A DNA stretch of 54,967 nt, filler included, from Bipalium vagum (GCA_037834085.1; 3 parts of 3 records of this genome joined end to end with filler, not necessarily neighbours in it); one strand, 5' to 3'. Shown: positions 24,301-37,244, counted from the first letter of the whole stretch. The notes: generated by a model not told the origin, from the letters alone. Numbers and translations are program-made.

Positions 24301-27300
24301 AGAAATATTTCCTTGGTACTTTGATTAAATTAGTATAAGAATTTTTTATTTATTTGTAAAATTTTATAGAATTACTTATTGCCTGTAAACCTTAAAATTA
24401 TTTGTGCTAACATAATTTTATTTTTTTAAAAAAAAATGATATTGGTTCATTTTAATTTGATTATTGTTAAATTATTTCTTTAGGTATAGGATATTCTATG
24501 ATCATTATTTCTTCAATGGTAGCTATATATTATAACGTGATCATAGCTTATTCCGTTTATTATATGTTTGCATCTGTATCCAATCCGTTACCATGGGTTT
24601 CGTGTAACAATACATGGAATACAGCAGGTAAATAACTATTAGATTACTTATTAATAAAGGAAGAAATACAAAATAATTATAAGAAACCGAAAAATAACAA
24701 AATAGTAATAAAACAGAAACATAAAAAGTTTTAAAGCAAAATATTATCACCTTCCATCATATATTATCAATAAAATAACATCAGTTAAGCATGCTGAATT
24801 GTTGTTTAAAGATAAAACTTTAAAATTTTATTATTTACATGGTATACAATTGGAAAAATATTTCTCAATAAAAATTGAAAATTTTTGAGCTAAGACACGA
24901 TTGATAAAATTCAACCGTACTATTTCCAAAATCAAAACTCTGGAGAGTAATAACCATGGTGAATTAATGCAAAGATTAGAAATTATCGATCAAATTAATC
25001 AAGAAGAAATGCTTGAATTTGATTTAAAACAAAAGAGCACTTTTGTCATCTAGATTTAAGTTTATTGAATAAAGAAGTTACGATCACGCATAATAATGAT
25101 ATAGATGAAGAAATAGCAACTAATGAAGACAATAATAAAGCTATTACAAAATCAAATGTGGAGGCAGCATTGAATTATTCTCATTTATTAAGTGTGGATA
25201 ATTTTACAAGTGATAATATTATTTCCCTAATGAATTTTGAAAATATTCTTAATAAGTATACGTTGAGAAGCAATCGGAAGACAATCATGAATTAGTTTTA
25301 GAAGAAATGAAAAATTGTATGATAAATATTTTTTGGGTTTGTTAAGTATTTTATCAAGTATCTATTTACACAATTACATAATTTTTGTTTCACAATAGTT
25401 ATTCAAATAAATTTATTTCCCTCAAATGTTTCTTATTTTTTTCGAGGTTCCCGATGGTGGCAAATATTAGAAGGTAGACTATATTATGTATTACTGAAAA
25501 AGTGAATTCAAAGTTTGCAGGTAATAATAGCGGGTATTGTGGTAGTGTATCGAGTTCATATATAGAGATTTGCCATGAGATTTCATTAGACAGGATAGAT
25601 AGTTTTTCTGAATGATTGCGCTAAAGAAATTTCTGATACAGAACTTATCTCTTGGATACTACACGAAGAAGAAAACGTAAAAATATAGAAAAGACTTTAA
25701 AAATCATTAAGTAATTAAGATTTGTTAAAAGATATAATAATTTAAAAAAGATTGAAGGAAATCTGTGACATGAGTGCTTTAAATACATTTCAGTTATTAA
25801 AATCGAAATAAGTAATAGTACTGGACATCTTAGAAATTTAAATCTTATGGAGATGAAAGGTTAGGATGTTTGTTTTGGAGCAAAATTAATTTTTTTATTT
25901 CATGGAATTTATTTTATAAAAAGATGACTTTTTTCAGATTGTAGATTCAAGTTACCACTTGTGAACTGCAGTGTTCTGAATGCTTCTATTGATGGAACCT
26001 GTATGGATAATAATAATAACTTTTTTGGGATTTGGAACGAATCTTTATTTACGCAGATCACAAAGAGACGTAGGATTTTGCCAGCGGAGGAATATTTCAA
26101 GTAGATTTTAAGAAATAATTTTTAAAAAATATTATTCTGATCATCACAAATTAGCAACGAAGTTCTACAACTATCAAGCGATATCACAGTGGTAGGTGCT
26201 ATTCAATGGAAAATTGCACTTTGTCTTTTTGGGTCTTGGGTCATAGTCTTCCTATGTTTGATAAAGGGTATCAGATCAACAGGGAAGGTATTAATTACAA
26301 TTGGTTTTCTAACATTTAAAAACTTGTGTTTTGTGTATGTTGAAATAAATTTTTAATTAGTTCATAAAACAAAATATAAATAAAATATTTTTTTTACATT
26401 TATATATATGAAAAACTTTCGGTAGTACTTATTGGAACATCCTATACTTAGCTAAATGTTACCAGTTTATTTTAAGTAAAGAAATCAATAAGAACTTCCG
26501 ATTCAGGTTGTAAGTATGGTAATATATACAATAATTTTTTAATATAATTAGAGATTTAAAGTTTTTACTGTTGAGTTTCTTCCCTTATTATTTGGAATGT
26601 ATGATTACGATAATGTCTTGATAAGAGGAAATAATTTCTTACATAAATTTACTAGTCCGCTTTTGAGGAAAACTCCGTTTTGCTCATTGTCGATCTGGTA
26701 AGTAACAACTGGACATGAGCAAGAGTATTTTATTAAAAGAAGTCTGAAAGCAAGAGTTCTAGTGAAATTATATTATGAATTATATAATGTAAAGATCGTT
26801 AAATAGGAGAATTCAATGAAACGTAAAACAGTCAACTATGGAAGAGCTGAGAGTTTATTCTTATTAATTGTTTTATATTAAAATCATAAAAAAATATTTT
26901 TTATTCAGCTTCAATATTTTTTTTCATAAAAACCCTTTAATTATTTTGATTCTTTTTTTTATTCAGGTGGTCTATTTTACGGCAATATTTCCATATATTG
27001 TCCTATTCATTCTATTTGTGAGGGGTATTTTGTTAGATGGAGCTGTTGACGGAATTTTATTTTACATTATTCCTGATATAAAAAAACTCTCAGATGCATC
27101 AGTAAACGACAGAATATATTATATGACATTAAGTAAATGTTTAGGTATGGAAAGATGCTGCTAATCAAATTTTCTTTTCTTTATCTGCAAGTTGGGGAGG
27201 TTTGATTGCCTTGTCCAGTTATAATCGTTTTCACAATAATATAATGAGAGATACATTCATAGTCAGTATTGGAAACAGTGCGACAAGCATTTTTGCAGGA

Positions 27301-30300
27301 TTTGTCATTTTCTCATATCTTGGATATCTGGCAAAGTTATTAGGGACCCACGTATCCTTTGTTGCTGAGAAAGGTATGTAACATTGAAATTTATGACTCT
27401 AACTTTATTATGATTAGTTTCTTTCGTTATCTTAAAGGGTTTTTAAGTTCAGTACTAGAAAATTTCAATCGTAAAATGATTATTATAAATATTATTATTT
27501 TCAGTTTCTAAATTTACCTACTGTGTAAAACGTAATATTAATGAAATAATAATTTCCGGGTACTTTTTACAAAGTAGATATAAATTACTTTTTTCGAGAG
27601 GAAAAAAATGAAATAAATCAGTCGAAAATCTACACGAAATTAATAATTTAATTAATGAAGAGAAACAGAAATTTTTAATAACGGAAGAAAAGTTAATTTA
27701 ATATACATTAAATTAAATTAAATTTACATTGAAAAATAGCCAAGTTTAATGATAATCCATTAAGTACACGATAACAGGGTAAACAGTTTCTTTAAGAACG
27801 ACGATTGGAGAGAGGCAATTAATTAAATTCTAGCAGAAAATGTGACAAACACTGAATGGGATTTAATGGTCATGTCAGACTGAACAGAAATGATGTTAAG
27901 CAAATATATTCTTAATAATTTTGTGATTTGAGAAACTACTTGGGTAAGTGTAGAATTTTTCAGAAAATTTGTACAGGCGATAATAAATGGATTTATTTCA
28001 ATAATCCAAAAGGAAAGGAATTAAGAGTTTTTGTGTCTATATATTTATGATTTAAATGATACTCTCTATTTGAAGGTTTATATGAATATGTTATGTACCA
28101 TGAAGTATTAAAACAGAAATATACAGGTAACGGAGACAATATCAAAAACAGTTTTAAAAATTGAATGATTAATTAATTAAGAAAGATCTGTAACAACCAT
28201 TAATCAATTATAATTCATAACTTAGGTATATTTTCCGTTAATCTTCAGACTAACGATGTTCAATCTTCAGCATCAAAGTTTATCAAACCAAAATTACTTT
28301 CCAGATAGAGTCCTTACTATTTTTCAATTTCTAGACCAAAATGAGTGTTCGGATCGATTGAATCTTAAGAGAAATAATTTTAAAATACTGGAAAATCATG
28401 TTGTCGAATTTATTGGAGAAAGTCATACTTACCAATCGGAAATATTTGATTGATTTATTTGTATCTGATTTTCCTTAAATAAACATTAATAATTAATTAA
28501 AAATTTTCAAATAATTGCAATAATCTTTATACAATAGTCAAGTTTGTCATGATGAACCTTTAACATTTGATATTTTACATTTTTTTATTTCTGTTTAATT
28601 CACTTTGTTGAAGTTTTCTGGTATGTTTTATTGTAATATTCGAAATTTATAAAAGTTATCATTTTTAGGGACAGGCCTTGCTTTTATTATTTACCCAGAA
28701 GCAGTGGCTACAATGCCTGGATCCTACGTATGGTCTTTCTTATTCTTTTTTATGCTTATTACTCTTGGTCTTGATAGTCAAGTAATTAAAATGTTTTGAC
28801 ATATATCTAAATTAAATATATAGTTTACAACTATAGAATCAGTAGTTACAGGATTTGTTGATCTATATCCAATCTATCTGAGACCAAAGAAAAGATGGCT
28901 TATTCTGATATTTGTTATCATTCTCTTTATCATGGGATTACCTTTAACCACAAGAGTAAGTGAAATAATTATAACAATTATTTATATTATGATACTGTAA
29001 TTACATGTAATTCATGTAATAATGTACGTCACTACATAAAAATATGACTATATACAGGGCTTGTCACGTCATTTTTAAATTTTGTATTTCAATCTTTAAA
29101 TTTTGTCATTTCATTTTTAATTTTCTGCTTATAAATTGATATTTTTGAAAAAATCGATTTTTTTACGTTTACAAAAAATTTACATTGATTGGAAACATGT
29201 ACTTCAACATATTATCTGATATAGTTAAATAGACACTGAATCAAAACATATTACAACAATTTGACATGATTTAATTGTACTATTTTTTATTATTTTAAGT
29301 TCCTCATTATTCAAAATCTGACTAAAATTTAATGAATTAAAAAATCATAATTTTTTAAGTTGTCACATTTTATGGATTTATGACCAAGGCTTTATGTTAT
29401 CTTTTTCTGAAATATATTTTAATTGTTTTCATTGTGAGATTGTAATAGTTTTGACTTAAGTGTGTATTTCGGTATAAAATGCAAAAGCTTATTTTTTGGA
29501 AGTATTAAAATAGTATTTTTTTATTTTTTGCATTATTGAGACTGATGTTGCAAGTCATATTGAACATTAAAAAAAAATAATATGAAAGAAGGGAAACGGA
29601 TTACATAGAGAGAGCTATCTATTCGTAATTTTAAAAAGAAGACTGTATAGAACATATTGGAGAGCATTGAAATCAGAAAATGGTGCAGTAGATTCCTCCA
29701 ACGCTTTTTGACAGCAAATAAACAAGAAAACTGAATACAAGTCTACCATGAAAATTTCGTAAGAATAGGATAATTGTGGATAAGATGCCATATTGTCTTT
29801 ATATTCCACAGAGTAAAAGTAAGTATCATCTTTTCAGAAGAAAAACCTCCAAAAATTCTTAAATCTCATCGAAAATATCTTTAGTGTGTTTTTGAATATT
29901 AAAAGTGTGACCAAGACCGACTTTAATCCTGAAATCATCGATTAAAGCTACTACTGCGCACTTTTTAGTTATGTGCAAAAATTATGACAGAAATCAAAGA
30001 ATCAAGAGTTGTATTTTTTGGAAGGGAGTGCTCCAGTTCACACAACTTCCAGAACTATGGATGTAATCGCAGAAATAGGCTTTGTGCTGGTTTCACACCA
30101 ACCATCTAGCCCTGATTTCGGCTAAACTTGAACAAAAATTTACGAGGACAGAAAACAAAATCCATAGAGGATCTCATGACTAGAGCAATAATTTTTCCAT
30201 GAAAGCAATGCATATTTACTTTAAATGGTCTCTTCATTAGTAAATCGAAGGACAAAGTACCTGGAAACATGTAATTATACTGTTTTCACCTCTATTGACA

Positions 30301-33300
30301 TTGTAAAGTTTAATTTTGAATTAGTTTAAATTTGAATTTTTGTTTATTTTGATTATTTTCAAACTAAAATCTGTAAAAATTACAAATTGAAAAATGAACA
30401 ATTACGAAGGTAAAATATTGTTCATACTATATACATATGTGTAAATTTACTACAGGTTTAAAGAAAAAAAGGAAACATCAAACGAAGACAGAAAAAGAAT
30501 TCTCGAATAATAAATGACAGGGAAATCAATTTCAACGTTTTTAGAAGTCTTAAATGTCAACAAGTACACGAAATAGTCAAGAAATATAATACTCAAGGAA
30601 GTTATGAAAAAAATAAGAGGTACTTTAAGGCTAAAAAACTATCGGTTGAACAGCAAAATGAATGGATTGATGAAGAACGTTCGATCTCTTTAACAAAAGT
30701 TGCTGATAAATGTTTGAAAGAATTAAATTGAACGGTTTCAAAGACTACAATCAACAATGTTATATCAGATTTTAATTATATCTTGAAACGAATGTTATTC
30801 CAGAAAAAAGAGATTATACATCCAATACACATAGTAGATTCAAAAAGTTCTGGGACAGCGCTGAAAAATTAGAGTTAAAAACTTTAAATGTGAAATACAA
30901 GGTTAGGAATAGTTAAAGCAGATTTTCAACTAAATTGCATAAAATTTTCATGTAATTAACTTAAGTTATTGATTAACAGCAACAATTCTAATTTATAAAC
31001 TTAGAATTGCAATAATTTGACTTCTAATAATTGTAATTCTAAGAAATGGAACAAAGAGCAGTAATCAAATTTAATTTTAAATGTAGGAAAACAGCAACAG
31101 AAACATTTAAATTGATGCAAACAGCATATGGAAAAGATTGTATGAGTCGCAGCAAGATCTTTGAATGGTTTTCAAGGTTTAAGAATGGCCGTGAATCATT
31201 GTAGGATAATGAGAGACAGGATCGTCCCACCACCAGTATCAACGAAAAGAATGTGGATTTAGTTCAAACTTTAATGACAGGAAACCTTAGAATTAGCCTT
31301 AAAATGTTATCGGAAGATGTTGATTTAAGCGATGAATGTGCCTATACTATCATTCATGACTTTCTTGGAAAACGAAAATTGTGTGCGAAATTCGTTCCAC
31401 ATGTTTTGACGTTTGATCAAAAGCTGCAAAGTCTACAAGCTTCGTAATTTTTTCTTCAATGTGCCAACTGCAATTCAAATTTTATAAATAACATTGGTAC
31501 AGGCGATGGAACGTGATGCTATCAGTATGATCCATCAACAAAACGGCAAACAGCCGAATGGCTTTATAAAGTGAAAGAAGACCGATAAAAATCAGAGCGA
31601 TAAAGTCGAAAATTGAAACAATGCTTATCGTATTTTTTGATTCTCGGGGAATTATCCATCATGAATTTTTTCCGCAAGGTCAAATGGTAACTGGAGCATT
31701 TTATCAAGAGGTTCTGAAACAACTTTTGAACAGAATTCGAAGAGTTATACCGGATTATCATATGAATGGTTCCTTTTGCATGACAATGAAACTGCACATA
31801 CATCACTTATCATTTCGCGATTTTTGGCGACGATAAAAGTTTCTGTGAAGAAACATCCACCATATTCACCTGATCTAGCGCCAGCAGACTATTTTCATTT
31901 TCCGAAGATGAAAGCAGTCCTTAAGAGAGTTGTTTTGATAAAATTCAGACAATTCTGGAAAATGTAACAAGACTTTTAAAATTGATTTCAAAAGAGGAGA
32001 ACCATGACGCCTTCCAGAGGTTGTATGGACGATGCCAAACATGTATAGAGAGAGAAGGGTTATATGTTGAAAATTGAAAAATAAATTTTATTTTGTGTCA
32101 TTAATTTTGGTTTTTATAACACAAGTCCCGGAACTTTTTAAACCTACTGTGTACAATCAAGATTTTGCTATGCACAAGAATTTATTAAAGTTCCTTCTCA
32201 AGCTTTTGAAAGTAACGTATTTTTTATTGACGAAGTTGGCTTTAATGTAACCATGAGACCTAAGAGAGGTCAACCTTTTAAAGGAAAAAAATCTATTCAA
32301 GTTGTCCAATCTTTAAAATCAAGAAACATAAATAACTTATGAATAATGGGTCAAGGCTTATTACAAGTGGAGATAGCACCGGTTTCTATCGCAATATGGC
32401 TTCATACATTCCAAGATGTTTGAACAAGGAATAAATGTATTTTTGTTTGAATTTTTTGAAATTTTTAATATTATGAACAAATAAACAAAAGGTATAAGTT
32501 CAAAATAATTAAAATATTAATCGTTGAAGTAAAACAGGATATCCTATTTAAAACAAGTTTCAATTTTCTATGATAGAAATAATAAATCCAACCACCTCAT
32601 AAAGTTATAACTTTATGAACAGGGGAAATCTTTCAACCCAGAATTAATTAAAAATTGATCTTAATATTCTTTTTAAGTATTTATTTTTATTAATTAATAT
32701 AATATAATAATTATTCTGCTTTTTTAATGATTTCTTATTCAATCCCCTACAGTCGTTCAAATATAAATTAAAAGAATGACTGAAATAATGTAATAAAATA
32801 TTTATAAAAATATTACAATTTCTTAATTTTATTCTTGTTATTATATTTTCTGGTAAATAAAATAACTTTTGATTGTTGTCATTTCAGAGTGGACCATATT
32901 GGTTGCAGCTTATGGACACATATTGTGGCGGGTGGGCTGTTTTGCTCATTGGAATTTTTGAAGTCATATCCATTGGTTGGGTATACGGCAGACCAGGATT
33001 GCGATGGAGCAAAGCAATGAGATTTAAAAGAGACATTGAAACAATGTTAAAGCGACCCATCAGTAACTGGTGGCGATTGTGTTGGCAGGTTTCTGTGTAT
33101 CTGTAAAGATGTGAATTGACCATTTCTTCAGTACATAACTCCTTTTCTAATGTCAGGAATTATCCTGTTTTCGTGGTTTGATTATTCAAGAGCTAAATAT
33201 GGTGACAAGATTTATCCTATCTGGGCAGATTTTCTTGGATGGATGATGACCTTAGTTAGCTTAAGTTTTATACCAGGAACTATCATATACCTGGTGGTAC

Positions 33301-33579
33301 AGGCTCGAAAAGCAAATCCATATCAAGTATACCTATTTTCTTGAAAAGACTTATTTCAAAAACAAATCATTGCAGGGCTTTGGAAAAATTCTTCATGATC
33401 TCACATTGCCAACTTATAAATGGGGTCCATCGTTGTTCAAACATCGTTTGTTAGCTGCTAAACATTTGAAAGAATCAGAAAACTATTACGTCGATGTTGC
33501 AAGAAGGTTAAAATATGTAGATTTTATATCGTTGTCAAACCAAAACAGTGAAATGATTTCAAAAAGCATATTCGAATAA
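21327..33579 (+). CDS. SLC6A5-like: SLC6 sodium/chloride-dependent amino-acid transporter, glycine transporter (GlyT2/SLC6A5)-like, ~650 aa
   Basis: Exons 21327-21621, 24484-24627, 25938-26100, 26155-26287, 26967-27101, 27145-27373, 28669-28781, 28824-28955, 32888-33088, 33132-33326, 33376-33579, with compatible phases (1944 nt). TM1 [26 protein letters not shown]6 [34 protein letters not shown]8 LGLDSQF. AATAAA at 33741. Confidence 0.93.
21756..23510 (+). mobile_element. Degenerate pogo/Tigger-like element (hosts the mariner at ~22400-22950)
   Basis: TIR-like CAGTCAACCCTCGTTATAA. The subterminal motif AAGAAAACCC(A)GTTATA is repeated at ~21843 and ~23462. Acidic C-terminal peptide [16 protein letters not shown] is typical of Tigger transposases. 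Confidence 0.6.
22400..22950 (-). mobile_element. Mariner transposase C-terminal fragment (DD34D)
   Basis: [16 protein letters not shown]...[11 protein letters not shown]...[23 protein letters not shown]...LPARW. Confidence 0.93.
24840..25480 (+). mobile_element. pogo/Tigger-like 3' remnant
   Basis: Acidic C-terminal peptide [23 protein letters not shown]...RKTIMN*F and a pogo-like end ...GAAGGTAGACTA. Confidence 0.45.
27800..28200 (+). mobile_element. Degenerate mariner fragment
   Basis: [18 protein letters not shown] and VMYHEVLK. Confidence 0.75.
29500..30280 (+). mobile_element. Degenerate mariner fragment
   Basis: [33 protein letters not shown] corresponds to HDNAPAH...HPPYSPDL. Confidence 0.7.
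30450..32430 (+). mobile_element. IS630/Tc1-type transposase remnant interrupted by a full-length mariner
   Basis: 5' part: [19 protein letters not shown]...[25 protein letters not shown]. It resumes after 32153 with SRFCYAQEF...[18 protein letters not shown]...KSRNI. Confidence 0.8.
30830..32151 (+). mobile_element. Full-length (1322 bp) non-functional mariner with TIRs
   Basis: TIRs CATAGTAGATTCAAAAAGTTCTGGGAC and CACAGTAGGTTTAAAAAGTTCCGGGAC (23/27), with TA at the right end. The transposase at 31046-32077 has [43 protein letters not shown] and several stops/frameshifts. Confidence 0.95.
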
Positions 33580-34755
33580 TAATAACAATTTCCAACCATT
33601 TCAGTCTTCAGGAGATTAGCATATCAGATTGAATTTTACCGCTATAATTCACGTCGAACACATAAAGTCTTTTGATTACCAGAAACAGATGCAGTTCTTT
33701 ATCTTCTGTGGTTTTCTTTTATGCCTTAATATTTTTTTATAATAAACGTCTTTTAGTTATTTTTTCTTTATGGTTAATTGTTTAAATCGAACAAAGCAGT
33801 TAATTTAAACAACCAAGCGTTAAGCGAACAATGAAAAAATTATCTAAAGAATTATTCAGACATAATAATGGATTTATCTTGACAAATAATTTCTTTTCCT
33901 AATGTGGAATTATTATTAGAATAATTAGAACAAAGATGTACAACAATAAATAGCTTGATTTTTATTGTTTTACTTGGAGGATATTAAATTTTTTCAGTTA
34001 TCAAAAGATTAACATTTCTTTATATTTTGTAAAATTATATAATTTTTGATTTTTAGAGATTAATATCTAAATAAAAATATTAATTTAAGATTATCTGTAA
34101 TAGTTATATTTTTAATAACAATAATAATACAGGGTTTTCATTAATTGTAAGTTAAATTTCGATTTTTTAACTTTATTTTCAATTTTGTTTATTTAAGTGA
34201 AAATTTAAATGTAAAAAGATTAAAAAGTAAATAATTCTGTAATATGTTTGTTTGCTTGTTTATGTTAAATAAATTGTGGGTTTATTTTTATACATATGAA
34301 TGGTAATTTAAAGGACATGCATTTGTAAAATTTTAGGGTCCTTTTTTGTTTAAGGAACGCATTTACTAAGAGCCTTAACTTACTATTGGCTGTAAGTAAG
34401 TGCGTTCCTATTGGTTAGTCTATTTTTGGATTTAATAATTATATGCTGTAATATAATTATATATTGTTCCTAAAAAAGGCTTCCAAAATCGATACAGACC
34501 CCTCCTTTTAGTTCATACTTGAGTAAAAGTGTCAGTGATAGAACTCATCAATTTTAATCATTAATTAGATACGGATCAGATATTTTAATGGTAAAAAGTT
34601 AAAATAGTTCGTCTATTTCAAATTATTTGATAAACAATATTTATAATTTTGAATTGATTGATCGACTTTATTATTAGTTATGTTAACTGGTAAAGAAAGA
34701 TAAAACGAAAGATAATCAGAATACTTTATGAAAGAGTAGATAAAATCTATAAATT

Positions 34756-35931
34756 ATGAACCAAATACACCAGACAATTATGGGTAAAGAGAAGGAAAAA
34801 CCAACTAATTATAAATCAAAGTCAAGAGAACGAAAGTCACGTCCGCTATTATCCGGAGAAGACCTATACAAAAAGTCATTTGTTAAGCATTCGCGCCAAA
34901 AAGAAAAAAATTTTGATCATACAAAAGACTACAGAAAGAAAGAAGATAACTTAAGAAGGTCCAAGGATAGAAGCAATTTTAGAATAATCAAGAATGAGAC
35001 TCACCTAAATTTTGGAGATGGAAATATGGTTGCAGAAGAAGGCAAAATATATAAATATGTTTTTGATGATGATGGTGGCGTGACATTGAAATTGTTTCAT
35101 TACTCTTTGTCATCAAAAGAGGGATTATTAACCTTATATGATCCAAAAAGACTTAGCAACAAAAAATCTTATTTGATTTTGAGTTCTAAAGAAATTTTTT
35201 GTGGTCATATTAAAGAACAAGAAGCTTTTCAACTCAAGGTGAAGAGACTTGATAAGAAAATTATAAGTGATTTGGTTTTAAAACCAAAATCAGATACCGA
35301 AAAATATTCTTGGCTTGAGGGCTTCGGAATTAAGATGAGCCGCTCAAATGAGCTTTTAAAGATATGCATAGAAGAAGTGGAGAAACGCAGATTTTGTAAA
35401 GGCGAAAAGAAGCGTGATGAGATAGATGAAATGAGAACTGTTGATATAGAAACTCTTTTACGGGCTTTAGAGCAACAAGGCAACCATCAGCTGAAACTAA
35501 CGAATAATAAACATTGGAATTTGAGTAGAATAGAAAAATTGATTCAGGTGCTGTTGAATGAAATTCCACAGCCTTTAATTCCCTTTCAGTTGCAAGATAT
35601 ACTGGACAGATCTAGTGAAATAGACTTGAAAAGAGACTATTCGAAGATCCTCAGAAGACTGCCTTTAAACAACCACAAAATGCTGCAGATGCTGATCAAC
35701 CATTTAGAAAACTTGACGAATTATTATGCCAATCAACTGAACGCTAGCGTCAAAGAAATCCAGAAAATACGCCAGAATATTTGCTCAAGATTGACTCCTT
35801 TGATTATTCGCCAAAGTCTCAACCGTGACCACGACCTAATGAAACACGAAGTTAATTCCAATGACGAGAATATAGTGGGGAAATTTTGTGATATGTTTTA
35901 TAGACTGATGGAGACATCTGATTTAAAATGA
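34756..35931 (+). CDS. Intronless PH-domain + divergent RhoGAP-domain protein (GRAF/oligophrenin-like layout), 391 aa
   Basis: Uninterrupted 1176-nt ORF in AT-rich DNA. PH-like EEGKIYKY...FQLKV...LVLKPKSDTEKYSWLEG. RhoGAP-like LLKICIEEVEKR, LLNEIPQPLIPF, ILRRLPLNNHKMLQMLINHLENL, RLTPLIIR. Confidence 0.8.
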   Translation: MNQIHQTIMGKEKEKPTNYKSKSRERKSRPLLSGEDLYKKSFVKHSRQKEKNFDHTKDYRKKEDNLRRSKDRSNFRIIKNETHLNFGDGNMVAEEGKIYKYVFDDDGGVTLKLFHYSLSSKEGLLTLYDPKRLSNKKSYLILSSKEIFCGHIKEQEAFQLKVKRLDKKIISDLVLKPKSDTEKYSWLEGFGIKMSRSNELLKICIEEVEKRRFCKGEKKRDEIDEMRTVDIETLLRALEQQGNHQLKLTNNKHWNLSRIEKLIQVLLNEIPQPLIPFQLQDILDRSSEIDLKRDYSKILRRLPLNNHKMLQMLINHLENLTNYYANQLNASVKEIQKIRQNICSRLTPLIIRQSLNRDHDLMKHEVNSNDENIVGKFCDMFYRLMETSDLK

Positions 35932-36203
35932 AATTTCCATTGAAATCTTTGTTGATATGAATTGATATATTGGAACTGCTGGACGGCTGTTGGATATTAT
36001 TTTTCGCTTCTTATCTTTTCTAAATAGAGATGACCAAAAATTATATTTCAGTAAATTCATTATTGTTTTGATTTTGGAATTTGTTGAAAATAATATAATA
36101 AATAATGACAGATAATAAAATGATAGATATCTTTTCAGAAATTATATTTTTTACTTTACTGGAAATACTGAATTATGACTGTTCATTTGTTTCACAAGGT
36201 CGG

Positions 36204-36279
36204 TACATGGTTGGGCTGATAAGTCCTTAGAATGAAGCCGAAAAAATATTTATATTTCAATAAAATTTGGCATGATTAA
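36204..36279 (+). mobile_element. Himar1-like mariner terminal repeat running into the gap
   Basis: TA|CATGGTTGGGCTGATAAGTCC resembles the Himar1 TIR ACAGGTTGGCTGATAAGTCCCCGG. Confidence 0.65.
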
Positions 36280-36379
36280 NNNNNNNNNNNNNNNNNNNNN
36301 NNNNNNNNNNNNNNNNNNNNNNNTTAATTAATTAANNNNNNNNNNNNNNNNNNNNNNNNNNNNNNNNNNNNNNNNNNNN
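36280..36379. other. Assembly gap with artificial TTAATTAATTAA linker
   Basis: 44 N + linker (36324-36335) + 44 N. Confidence 0.97.
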
Positions 36380-36574
36380 TTTTCGAGTATTAATTAATTT
36401 TAATTATTAATATTATTATTATTATTATCATTATTAGTATTTATACCTTATTTATATTTTTTATTACTTATTTATCCCCGGGTGGGGGGTAGTCTTGGGT
36501 AAACCCAACACAGTCATAATCAAGTCTATTTAAATATAAAGTTTTATTAATATTATCAATTTTGTTACCCTGTA

Positions 36575-36900
36575 GTCACAGATTTGGTAAATTTGCATAT
36601 AAGGAAATATTTGGCACTGTATTCGATACGAATATGATGGTTGTTCCAATGGGATTAAGCTAAAAAACATCGTCCCTTTTGTGAAATTGTCATCGGTGAA
36701 AAACAAAATAGAATTTCATTTAAGCAATTCCGAATTGCTAACCCGTCAATCCAAGATCATCCAAAACATAGTAGCAAAATTTTTTAGCCAACGATACTTT
36801 ACGGAAGTTTGTTGAAGAAGATCCGAAGTTGACTCTCCAAAATGACAAACTGTCTTGGAGTTTTTTGGTCATCTGTTCAAAAATATCTCTATCTAATTTG
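36575..36900 (+). mobile_element. Degenerate mariner N-terminal fragment
   Basis: IWHCIRYEY and NDTLRKFVEEDPKLTLQ resemble mariner HTH regions. Confidence 0.55.
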
Positions 36901-37181
36901 CTAAGTCTGTGGTACTGATCCTTGGATGCTTTGTGAATTGACAGTAATGAAAAATATGTTTGTCACAGCCTTCAATTCATTACCTTTTTTCTTATTCAAC
37001 AGTCCGTTTTGAAGCAACAAGTGCCATGAAATGAAAAATTGGCAAATAAAAACAGAAAAAGAAAAAAATTGTTTTCTCAAGTACAAATACCGATACTTAT
37101 TTCCAGACCAGGTTACATCAAAACAATGCTATTTGTTCCTTTGATGAGATTGTATGGGAATAAATCATTTTAAAAATTTGG

Positions 37182-37244
37182 GATAGATAAGATCATAGAT
37201 CATAAGATCATATAGATCATAAGATCATAGATAAGATCAGATCT
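37182..37244. repeat. Imperfect tandem repeat of AGATCAT(A) units
   Basis: GATAAGATCATAGATCATAAGATCATATAGATCATAAGATCATAGATAAGATCAGATCT. Confidence 0.85.

Noticed and set aside
35229-35569. Minus ORFs over the RhoGAP-like gene (likewise 1328-1597, 32884-33123, 45910-46119)
   Set aside because: Antisense or alternate-frame shadows of real coding sequence.
36566-36609. miR-10-like sequence TACCCTGTAGTCACAGATTTG with a star-like neighbour
   Set aside because: There is essentially no loop between the arms, pairing is weak, and it overlaps the start of a degenerate mariner coding region. A 10-nt match is plausible by chance.
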